A stretch of DNA of 64,000 nt from Mesotaenium endlicherianum (GCA_009602735.1 WELA01002286.1:104409-168408); one strand, 5' to 3'; positions 23,301 to 32,846 are shown, numbered from the stretch's first letter. The notes: generated from the sequence alone by a model not told the origin. Made by a program: numbers and translations.

Positions 23301-26300
23301 CGACCCCGCTGCCCACACAGTGCGCGTGACCGTCACCGCGCACTCCGTGGGACCGTACGAGTTGACAACTGTCACGCCTGCTCGCGTCCACCTGGCAATG
23401 AGGCCCACAGGCACGGCCTCACCGCCCATCTCCAGCACCTTGAGGGACGGCGCCAGAGACGGCTCCAGCAGGTCGGCCAGCGTGGGCGTGGCCTGGATGT
23501 AGCACACGTCGTGGCGCGACAGGAACCCCGCCAGGTTCGTCAGCAGCTCCTCCTTGGAGCACACGGCCAGCGCGGCACCGTGACTGAAGGCCAGCCACAC
23601 CTGGTGCACGTGCTGGTCGAACACGGCGGGTGATAGCTGGCCCACCACGCTACCCTCGTCCAGCGGCAGCAGGTGCAGGTACGACATGACCATGTTCACC
23701 ACCGAGCGGTGCGCCAGCTCCACGCCCTTGGGCTCGCCCGTGCTGCCGCTCGTGAACAGCACGTAGCAGATGTCGTCCACAGACGGCCCGCCGTGCGCAG
23801 CCACCTGCGCCGCGTCGCCTGGCGCGGGCGCCAGCGTGTCCACATCCAGGACGCTCACGCCCGCCCCGCCCATCCAGTCCAGGCCGGCCAGGTGCTTGGC
23901 GGTGGTGAGCACAAGCGCCAGCCGTGCCTGGCTGGCAATGCTCTGCATGCGCACCACCGGATAAGACGGCTCCATGGGCACGTAGCCGCCCCCCGCCATC
24001 ATGATGCCCAGCATGGCCGCCACCCACTCCACGCCGCGGTCCATCACCAGCCCCACCAGCAGGCGCGTGCCCCGCCCCCCTTCTCCCTCCTGCTGCAGCT
24101 GCTGCTGCTGCTGTTGGCGGTGGTGCAGGACGGCGGCAGCGACGGCCGTCGCCTTCTCGTGGAGCTCGCGATAGGTCACGCGGCCAACGGCGTCGTCAAT
24201 GACGGCCACGGCCTCGGGCGCCGCGCGCAGCCGCGCCTCAAAGAGGTTTACCAGAGTCTCGGGGTACGCCTGGAACGGCACCTGCGCGCCGCTGAAGCGC
24301 TCCAGGACCAGGGCACGCTCCGCCTCGTCCGTGAAGGGCAGCGCCTGCAGGGGCACGCCCATGTCGGCGTCGCGGGCGGCCGCAAACGCCAGCAGCTGGC
24401 GGTAGTGGCCCGCCATGCGCTCCACAGAGGCCTGCGAGTACAGGTCTGTGTTGAACTCCAGGCAGCCGCCCACACTGCCGTCGTCGCGCTTGCTGAGCAT
24501 CAGGTTGAGCTCAAACATGGCGGCGCCGGTGAACGTGGGGATGGGCGTCACGGCCTCCATGCCCGGCAGCGCCAGCGAGGCGCCCTCGCCCAGCGTGAAG
24601 CCCGCCTGGAAGACGGGCGAGCGGCTGGGGTCGCGCACCGTCACCAGCTTGCCCACCACCTTCTCAAAGGGCACGTCCTGGTTGTCTAGTGCCTCCAGCA
24701 CGCGCGCGCGCGTCTGCTCCAGCAGCTGCAGGAAGGTCAGGCCCTTCTCGCCCGGCGCCGCGTCCGCAAACTCGGCGACGGTGACCACCGTGTTGACGAA
24801 GAGGCCCACGAGCGGCTCGATCTGCGCACGGATGCGCCCGGCCACGGGGATGCCCACCAGCACGCGCTCCTGCCCCGTGTAGCGGTGCAGCAGCGCCTGG
24901 TACGCCGCCAGCAGCACCATGAACAGCGTGCCGCCCGTCTGCTGCCCTAGCGCCTGCAAAGCCGCCACCTGGGGGGGGTCTAGATGCAGCGGCACGTAGC
25001 TCCCGCTGTGCGTCTCGCGCGACGCACGCACGTAGTCCGTCACCAGCTGCAGCGGCTCGGGGTCCTGGCCAATGAGGCCCTCCCAGTAGCCCAGCTGCTG
25101 GCTCAGCAGGCCGCCGCCGCTGCCCACGTAGGCGCGGTGCCACACGGCGTAGTCCACGTACTGGATGCTCATGCGTGGCAGGCCCGCCAGGTCGCCGTGC
25201 TCGTACAGGTGCGCCAGCTCGTGGAACAGCGTGCCCTCTGCGCCCTCGTCAAAGACGCTGTGGTGCAGGGTGAGCAGCACCACGTGCTCGCGCGCACCCG
25301 CGCGGATAACGGCGCCGCGCACCAGCAGGCTGCGCACGTTGCCGAGGTTGAAGGGCAGCTGCGCCTCCTGCCGCACCAGACGCTGGATCTGCAGCTCCTT
25401 CTCGTCAACGTCGCCATCGCCGTCCAGCTCGAAGACGGGCAGGTTCATGGTGGAGTCCTCCACGGGGCGCACCGTCTGCACGGGCACGCCGTCCTCCGCC
25501 TTGTACACAGTGCGCAGGATCTCGTGGCGCTCCAGCAGCAGGTTCAGCGCGCGCTCCAGCCGCGCCACATGCAGGGGCCCGCGCACGCGCCACGCGTACG
25601 GCAGGTTGTACTGCGAGCTGCTGCCGTCCAGCTGATCCATGACCCACATGCGCTCCTGCGCGAAGCTGAGCGGCAGGAAGCCCTGCCGGTACTGCGCGCG
25701 GTCGATGGCCACCAGCGGCGCGCCCGCGGCCTTGACGGAGTCGCGCCCCGCCAGCGCGCTCGCCACGCCTGCCACCGACGACTGCTTGAAGAACTTGCCC
25801 ACCGTAAGCGTCTTGCCCAGCCGCTCGCGCAGCAGCGCTATCACTTTCACTGCCATCAGGCTGTTGCCGCCCATCTCGAAGAACCCAGCCCCCGCGGGGA
25901 TGTCCGCCGCCGCAGCCGTCCCCAGCACCTCCGCAAACACGCCCGCCACCGCCTCCTCCTCTGGAGTCCTTGCCCTCCTGTCCCCCTCCTCCTCCCCCTG
26001 CTCGCCTCCCTCAAAGCCGCCCCCGGGGATGTGGAACGCCTCGGGCGGCGGGGGTGGCAGCTTCTTGCGGTCCGTCTTGCCGGAGACGGTCTTGGGGAAC
26101 TCGTCCAGCACCACGTAGGCAGCGGGCACCATGTAGGCAGCCAGGCGCTTGACGGCCGTCTCGCGCACCAGGCGCAGGTCCAGCGGCGTGGCGGGGTCCA
26201 CGGGGCTCACGTACGCCACCAGGCTCTGCTGGAACACGGTGCTGATGGCCTTGGCCACGCCGGGCGCCTGGCACAGCACGTTCTCGATCTCGCCCAGCTC

Positions 26301-29300
26301 GATGCGGTTCCCCCGCAGCTTCACCTGCCCACGCAGCAGCCGCCACCGCCACCAGGCCGGGATGCTCAGTCACCTACCCTTTTGCTACTTTCGTTTCACA
26401 CCCTCCCTGCTTCCCCCCAGTTTCTCTCCTGGGGAGCAGAGTGGAAGCTTTATCTCCCTGAGGTAGCAGAGATATGCATGCATGCGCACCACCTGATTGC
26501 TCAAGGGGTGCCAGGCTTGCAACCGACCCACTGACTGACGCACGGCACTACCCTGTGGAGGACATCCCAAACAACACTAGCGTCGCGTCCCGCCACTGGG
26601 GAGGAGGAGGGGCGAAGGGGGATGGGCAGAGAGAGCGCACCTGGAAGTCGATGCGACCGAGGAAGTGGATCTGGCCGTCCGGCAACCAGCGGCAGAGATC
26701 GCCCGTACGGTACATGCGCGTGTCCAGGCTGCCGTTGGCGCCGCTGCCGCCCATGGCGCTGAGGCCGCTGCTGTAGGGGTTCATGGCAAACTGCTTGGCC
26801 GTGGCCTCCGGCCGGTTGAGGTACCCCTGCGACACCTGCACGCCCGTCAGGCACAGCTCGCCCGGCACGCCGATGGGCAATGCCTCCAGGTGGGGCCCCA
26901 GCACGTATACGTTGACACCTGGCAGGCTGCGGCCGATGGTATCCACCACGCGGTCCCCCCGCTTCCAGACCTTGTTGAGAGCAGTGACGGCGCACTCCGT
27001 GGGACCGTAGCCGTTGACGACTGTCACGCCCTCGGCAATCCACTTGGTGATGAGGGGCACGGGCACAGCCTCCCCGCCAAATTCCAGGATCTTGAGGGTG
27101 GGCGCCTGGCTGGGCTCCAGCAGCGCAACGACTGTGGCCGTGACCTGGATGTACGTCACGCGGTGGCGCATGATGAAGGCCCCCAGGTCCGTCAGCAGCT
27201 CCTCCTTGGAGCACACGGCCAGCGCGGCGCCGTGCCCGAGCGCCAGCCACAGCTGCTGCACGTGCAGGTCGAACACGGACGGCGCTACCTGGCCTATGAC
27301 GTCGGCCTCCGTCAGCGGAAGCTGCGCCAGGTAGGACTTGACGATGTTCACCACCGAGCGGTGCGTCAGCCGCACGCCCTTGGGCTCGCCCGTGCTGCCG
27401 CTCGTGAACAGCACGTAGCAGGCGCTGTCCAGCTCGGGCGCGCACGCGGGGACCGCGTCGAGCGCCCCCGGCGAGACGTCCGGCAGCGCCCTGAGGTCCA
27501 GGAGCGCCACGCCCTTCTCCTCGCGCTGCCACGCCAGGTCGTCCGCGTGCTCCGTGGTGGTGAGCACAAGCGTGAGCCCCGTCTGGCGGATGATGCTCTC
27601 CATGCGCAGCCGCGGATACGACGGCTCCATGGGCACGTAGCCGCCGCCCGCCATCATGATGCCCAGCATGGCCGCCACCCACTCGATGCCACGGTCCACG
27701 ATGAGCCCCACCAGCTGGCGCCCTGCCCCCGCCAGCCCCCCCTGCGCGCGCCCGTGCTCGGCCACGAGGGCGGCCACGCGGAGCGCCAGGTCCTGTAGCG
27801 CCATGTACGTGATGGTGCGCTCGCCGTCCACCACGGCCACGTTGCTGGGCGTGCGCGCGCACTGCGCCGCAAATAGGTCCACCAGCGTCTCGCGGTGGGG
27901 CGCGTAGGGGCGTGCGGCACCCGAGAAGGTCTGCAGCACCGTGTGCATTTCCTCTAAGCCCATCACGCGCAGCTCGTGCAGCGGCGCGCTGGCGCTCTTG
28001 CCCGCGGACGCCGCCAGCTCCTGAAAATGCGCCGCCAAGCGCTCCGCCGACTCGCGCAGGTACAGGTCCGGGCGGTACTCCAGCACGCCGCTCACGCTGC
28101 CATCTGCGCTCTCGCTCAGAGCCAGCGCCACCTCCGCACCCCCCCAGCCGTCCCGGGCATCGTTGTCGCCGCCTGCCAGCTGGCTGACGACGCGGCTGCC
28201 TTTGACGAGCCGCGCGCTGCTGAGCACAAACGCCGCCTGAAAGAGGGGCGCGCGGGCCGGGTCGGGCGCGGATACCAGGGCGCGCACAAGCTCGCCCAGC
28301 GGCAGGTCGCGGTGCTGCACCGCGTCCATAAGCTGCTCCCTCATCTGCTGCACCAGCTCGATGAACGTCATGGCCTTGCCCTCCTCGAAGGTGCCGACTG
28401 CCACCAGCACGCCACCGTTTGCCTGGCTGGCAACGGCGCCTGGCGCCTTCGAGGCAGCCCCTATAGGGAGCCCTACAGACAAGCGCTCCATCCCGGTGTA
28501 GCGCTGGAGGAGGGCGGCAAAGGCAGCCAGCAGGACGGTGAAGAGGGTGGCGCCCTGGCGGTGCGCCAGGCCATCCAGGGCATGGACGACGTCGGCGCTG
28601 ACCTGGACGCTGATCTGGGCCTTGTGGTGGGTCAGCACGTTGGGGCGCGGCAGGTCCGCCACCAGCTGCAGGGGCTCGGGGTCGCCCTCGATGAGCCCCG
28701 TCCAGAAGGCCAGCTGCTCCGGCGCCGAGAACTTCCTCCTGCTGGCCGCTTTCAGGATCTGCCAGTGGGGGGGAGAGCACAGTTGGTGGCTCGCTTCGTC
28801 ACAGGTTCCACCATGTGCGGAGAAAGGGACAGTTGTTGCACCCTTGATCAAGCAGCATTCCCAATAGCGTACGACCATACGTTTCACTGACAACAAATAC
28901 TTGATGCTCACAACCATTGAGGGAAAGTGAAATTGAGTCACACGGGAAGCACTGCCCAAGCGCGTGCCCATGATCCGATTCAGAAAGAGAGAGAGAGGGA
29001 GAGAGAGAGTGTGACCTGGGCAATCCAAGAGGGGAAGACGGCGTGCGCGTCGCCGTCCAGGCCCAGGGAGACAGCCAGTCCCTGCAGGCCCTGCGCCAGG
29101 CCTTCGTGCGTCACCTCCACCGCGCTCCCCTCCTCGCTGTCGTACTTGAGATAGGCCAGGCTGCGCAAGGAGGCCTGCGGAGCGGAGTCGCGCCCATTCT
29201 GGTGCCCGTTCATGTCGCCATTCTCCGCATGCTTCCCGCTTGGCGGCTCGCTGGGAGGGACATCGATGAGTCGAGGAGTGGCAGCGCTGGTCTTGCATTG

Positions 29301-31885
29301 GCTGCCACCGCGACTGGGCAGGCCGCCACTAGTAGACTCCGTCGGCTGCACAAGCCAGCAGCGAGGATCAGCGGCTGTAATGAGTGCTATCTGCAGCCCA
29401 GTCTTGATGATGACAACACACCCCCCCGGCTGCTGTGACATCACTCGGTTGTCCTTCCCTCTCTCCATCTCCAGGTTGAGCGCACCCCCCCGCAGACTGA
29501 CTCCTCATCCACACTCTGCGACTGCCATGCAGTGGGTCAAGGGAGGGGCAGGCTGCAGCACCCAGTGCCCTCCCTCCCAGCTGCTGCAAAGCCCATGAGG
29601 AGAAGGGAAAGGGGATGACTCATGAGCATGAGCAGCAACGGCAGCACTGGATCGAGAAATCAGGAGCGCAGGCTGGGGGAGCACTAGCACCTGTCGGGGC
29701 GAAGGGGAGGGGGAGGGGGAGCTGGGGGAGGAGGAGGAGGCGAAGCTGTTGGGCAGCACATGCAGCTGCTGCGGGGCGCCTCCTCCCTCCCGCGAGCTCA
29801 GCGCCTCCACAAACTCAAAGTACTCCGCAGTTGTCAGCCCGGCAGTCACGCCGCTTGCCGCCACCACTGCGGTCAGATGCTCCGCCAGCAGATCGGACAG
29901 CTCCGGGAGCTCGACCGGCACGGGGACCACACCTGGCAGCACCATAGCAGGGCGCCACAGCACTTGCCACCCGGCCAGTCAGCCCATCGTCGCACCCACC
30001 ATCTGCAGGGCGCCCGGTGCCAAGAGAGGCCTGGGAGGGGGCTCAGATGGAGGCGCTGGTTGGCAGTAGACCTGAGCTCTAATCAGTAGCAGCAAGGGAG
30101 CTTGACACGCCCCCAGACAGAGAGAGGGACACCTGTCATCCCGCAAGAGAGGAAGCACAGGGACGGCCAGGCAGGCCCTTCCTGGACAACCGGCCACAAG
30201 TGTGACCTGGAGGACGAGAACAATGGCATAGAGAAGAAGGGAGGGCGCGGACGAGGAACACACTGGGTGGCAGACATGGGTAAACCCCCCCCCACCCCCC
30301 CCCACCNNNNNNNNNNNNNNNNNNNNNNNNNNNNNNNNNNNNNNNNNNNNNNNNNNNNNNNNNNNNNNNNNNNNNNNNNNNNNNNNNNNNNNNNNNNNNN
30401 NNNNNNNNNNNNNNNNNNNNNNNNNNNNNNNNNNNNNNNNNNNNNNNNNNNNNNNNNNNNNNNNNNNNNNNNNNNNNNNNNNNNNNNNNNNNNNNNNNNN
30501 NNNNNNNNNNNNNNNNNNNNNNNNNNNNNNNNNNNNNNNNNNNNNNNNNNNNNNNNNNNNNNNNNNNNNNNNNNNNNNNNNNNNNNNNNNNNNNNNNNNN
30601 NNNNNNNNNNNNNNNNNNNNNNNNNNNNNNNNNNNNNNNNNNNNNNNNNNNNNNNNNNNNNNNNNNNNNNNNNNNNNNNNNNNNNNNNNNNNNNNNNNNN
30701 NNNNNNNNNNNNNNNNNNNNNNNNNNNNNNNNNNNNNNNNNNNNNNNNNNNNNNNNNNNNNNNNNNNNNNNNNNNNNNNNNNNNNNNNNNNNNNNNNNNN
30801 NNNNNNNNNNNNNNNNNNNNNNNNNNNNNNNNNNNNNNNNNNNNNNNNNNNNNNNNNNNNNNNNNACCCCCCCCCCGTTTTCCAGAAAAGAATTAAAAGA
30901 AAACAAAATGACAGCAATCGGCCCGCTGCTACCGAAGCTAGTGAAGCACTTGCGCAGCAGCTTGCAGACAGGCAAAGAAGCCCAGCTGCTGCAGCGGTCA
31001 GGCGATCCCGCCTGGCTCAAAATGCTCGAGGCAAAGAGCCCCTAGTCAGATCTTGGGCGTTTTAACTCACAGTATCTAGACTGCGCCCGTTACGTGATGT
31101 GTGTATACATTCACATTTCCATAGGGCAGGGGGCGGGGGTGACATCCCTTAATTATGCTTCTGACGACCCGGGTGCACAGCCAGCTGAGAAGGTACCAAA
31201 AATAGGTTCACGGTCCCACCCTTAGGCCCCCTGCCTTGCGTGCGACTGTGTCTGCTCTGTCCCTTACCTGTCAGGTAACACAGCGGGTATCTGAGTGAAA
31301 AGGAAGGGAAAGGGGGCACTTTTAGTACGCATCTCATTGACGTCAGACAACTCCCAGCTAGCTACTCCAGCCCAGGGTCAAAGAATACCGGCGCTAGGCT
31401 GAAGATCAGAAATGGCCTTCTTCTTATTCACACTGACCTGCATATAGACATGCGAGAAATGTGCATGCCAGCTGTGGTCCAGGAGGAAATGCGAGGAGGA
31501 CACGCGTCTCTCTTCTGATCTGCAAGACGGCAGTCAGCTGTTGCTCCACTGCCAGGACCTTCTGGCGGAGATCCTTGTACGTGCAGGTAACCTCATCGCT
31601 ATGTCCATTCACAACCGGAATGCCAACTGCACCGGGCGTCCTTCGGGATATCGACAACCAACGGAGGGCGACGTCATCGGGGTAATTGATGGCAGCTTCT
31701 TCTAAGAAAGAGATTAGAGTCTGAGGGGAGTGCTTTGATATTCCCCCACTGGTGCCATGACTCTGCAGCCAGATTGGACTGTTACTGAAAGATCGAGGAC
31801 TACTAGCAAATCCATGACTAATCCGTCTTATTAATGCACCATACGGTGGAGCTCTTTCTATATTCAGAGGGTAAGCAGGTGCCAT
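10001..31885 (-). CDS. Five-module NRPS, ~6,119 aa, 10 exons: 31885-31438, 29932-29691, 29345-29016, 28758-26641, 26324-23022, 22840-19505, 19366-18491, 18288-15898, 15617-12297, 11995-10001
   Basis: Five A domains (YVLFTSGSTGEPKG, N[G/S]YGPTE, RMYRTGDL, GRxDxQVK, SGKxDR), five T domains (FFxxGGNSL) and five full C domains (HHxxFD[G/E]) plus a half C. All nine junctions are GT-AG and phase-compatible, with no internal stops in the spliced frame. Exons 4-10 are high confidence; the exon 2/3 boundaries are inferred. Confidence 0.93.
11410..14980 (-). other. NRPS module 5: C-A5-T5
   Basis: C MHHIAFDGE (14550-14555), A5 FDVHVQE, T5 FFRMGGNSL (Ser 11519-11521). Boundaries approximate. Confidence 0.92.
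15055..18705 (-). other. NRPS module 4: C-A4-T4
   Basis: C VHHIAFDEG (18073-18078; this C has a private intron 18490-18289), A4 FDVHVQE, T4 FFGLGGNSL (Ser 15162-15164). Boundaries approximate. Confidence 0.92.
18790..22210 (-). other. NRPS module 3: C-A3-T3
   Basis: C VHHIAFDGV (21752-21757), A3 FDQHVHQ, T3 FFAMGGNSL (Ser 18899-18901). Boundaries approximate. Confidence 0.92.
22285..25680 (-). other. NRPS module 2: C-A2-T2
   Basis: C LHHSVFDEG (25260-25265), A2 FDQHVHQ, T2 FFGLGGNSL (Ser 22388-22390). Boundaries approximate. Confidence 0.92.
25750..28758 (-). other. NRPS module 1: C-terminal half of a C domain + A1 + T1
   Basis: Starts at EQLAFW...PLQLVADLPRP with no HHxxxD lobe. A1 has FDLHVQQ. 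T1 is FFEMGGNSL with the Ser codon at 25860-25862. Boundaries approximate. Confidence 0.88.
28985..29009. repeat. (GA)n microsatellite in NRPS intron 3
   Basis: agagagagagagggagagagagag read directly. Confidence 0.75.
29016..31730 (-). other. NRPS N-terminal FAAL (fatty acyl-AMP ligase)-like domain, truncated and degenerate (exons 1-3)
   Basis: TLISFLEEAAINYPDDVALRWL...TYKDL...VLLAFPPGPQLACTFLACLYA|GVVPVP...HLTAVVAASGVTAGLTT...LAYLKYDSEEGSAVEVTHEGL...FPSW is colinear with the N-terminal half of FAALs. The TSGSTGxPKG loop is lost and the domain stops at the SW(LP) position. Confidence 0.75.
30307..30865. other. Assembly gap (559 N) flanked by poly-C runs, within predicted NRPS intron 1
   Basis: Run of N with C-homopolymers on both sides. 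Confidence 0.99.
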
Positions 31886-32846
31886 AGGAATAGTACTGGC
31901 CTCACTATCCGCCCGTCAATTACAACACAGATAACGATAGGATCAACATTGACGGCATCTTTCACATGGTGCTTCTACATGCAGTCTTTCGCAATCCTTC
32001 CCGCTGACCTCATCAGCACTGTTCTCATCGGCGTTGCTAAGTGCTTGGAAGCAACTTACTCCTTTGTTTTGAGGGAACATACAGCATGCTACATTACCCA
32101 GCAGGGGGTCCTGCTTTTCGGAATCAACACCTGCGCACCTTTTTTCACACGAGGGTGCCGCGCATCTTTAATGTCGTCGACCTTCACTCCTGCATGTCGC
32201 CGGTCAGCACCACAAGTCGGCCACAACGCATGTTGAACATGAGCTCAGCGGCTCACAGACTCAGTATAAAGCACGCGCCGCTCCTGATCTGGCTTCTCCA
32301 ATCAGGCTGCTTTGTGCTTATTCGACGCATTCGACGTTGACTTGTATAGCCATGCTGTCACTCTACCGCCAAAATCTCTTGCAAAATCTCTGACTTAAAT
32401 CGTCGATTCCTGCATCGTTCGCAGAAGTCTTAGCTTTGTAGTCTGCAAGTGCTCCTTGTATCCAGGCCTCAGTCTGTACTAGCAGCCCTAAGCTTCAAAC
32501 GTTAACAATCATTGACAATACGGCGCTGGACCAGTCATTAGCAGTAACCTATTGTCATCTTTCTCTTTATGAACCGCTACGAGTTGCCACCAGTGCTTAA
32601 TTCCTGCTTGATTCATCCACTGACAGCTTGCACTGACCGTTTTTTACGAGAGCATATATGTGATACCACCCGTTGGATGCAATATCGGTACATTTAAATG
32701 CCTAACAAGCTTGACAGGTCATGTTGGACGCCCCCCATAAAAACACATAACAAGATCCAAGTATGGATAGATCTGGGCTGCCCCACCAGCTCTCCTCCAC
32801 CGACATCACCGAGCAACCCATCAACTCTGGAGTTTGAACTTCGGAT

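Noticed and set aside
10156..28890. Many long antisense and alternate-frame ORFs over the NRPS (e.g. 20549-22069, 24984-26534, 26501-28780)
   Set aside because: Shadow ORFs expected from very high GC3. They have no recognisable motifs and the NRPS frame explains the region.
10001..29298. Reading the NRPS ORFs as separate bacterial genes (contaminant operon) or a frameshifted pseudogene
   Set aside because: Every break has GT...AG ends at the same codon with correct phase. The region is gap-free to an intron-rich plant-type gene, and the ORF-track starts at GTG are just exon starts.
28759..29298. ORF-track N-terminus MQDQRCHSS... of the 916-aa ORF
   Set aside because: It reads through a (CT)n-containing intron in a frame without homology. 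The FAAL-like motif lies in the other frame (exon 3).
30307..30865. The gap as the location of the missing FAAL/ACP/C sequence
   Set aside because: Exons 1 and 2 join seamlessly (CLYA|GVVPVP) across it, and the missing part belongs after exon 3. A small hidden exon cannot be fully excluded.
29979..31020. ORFs spanning the N run
   Set aside because: Artefacts of translating Ns.
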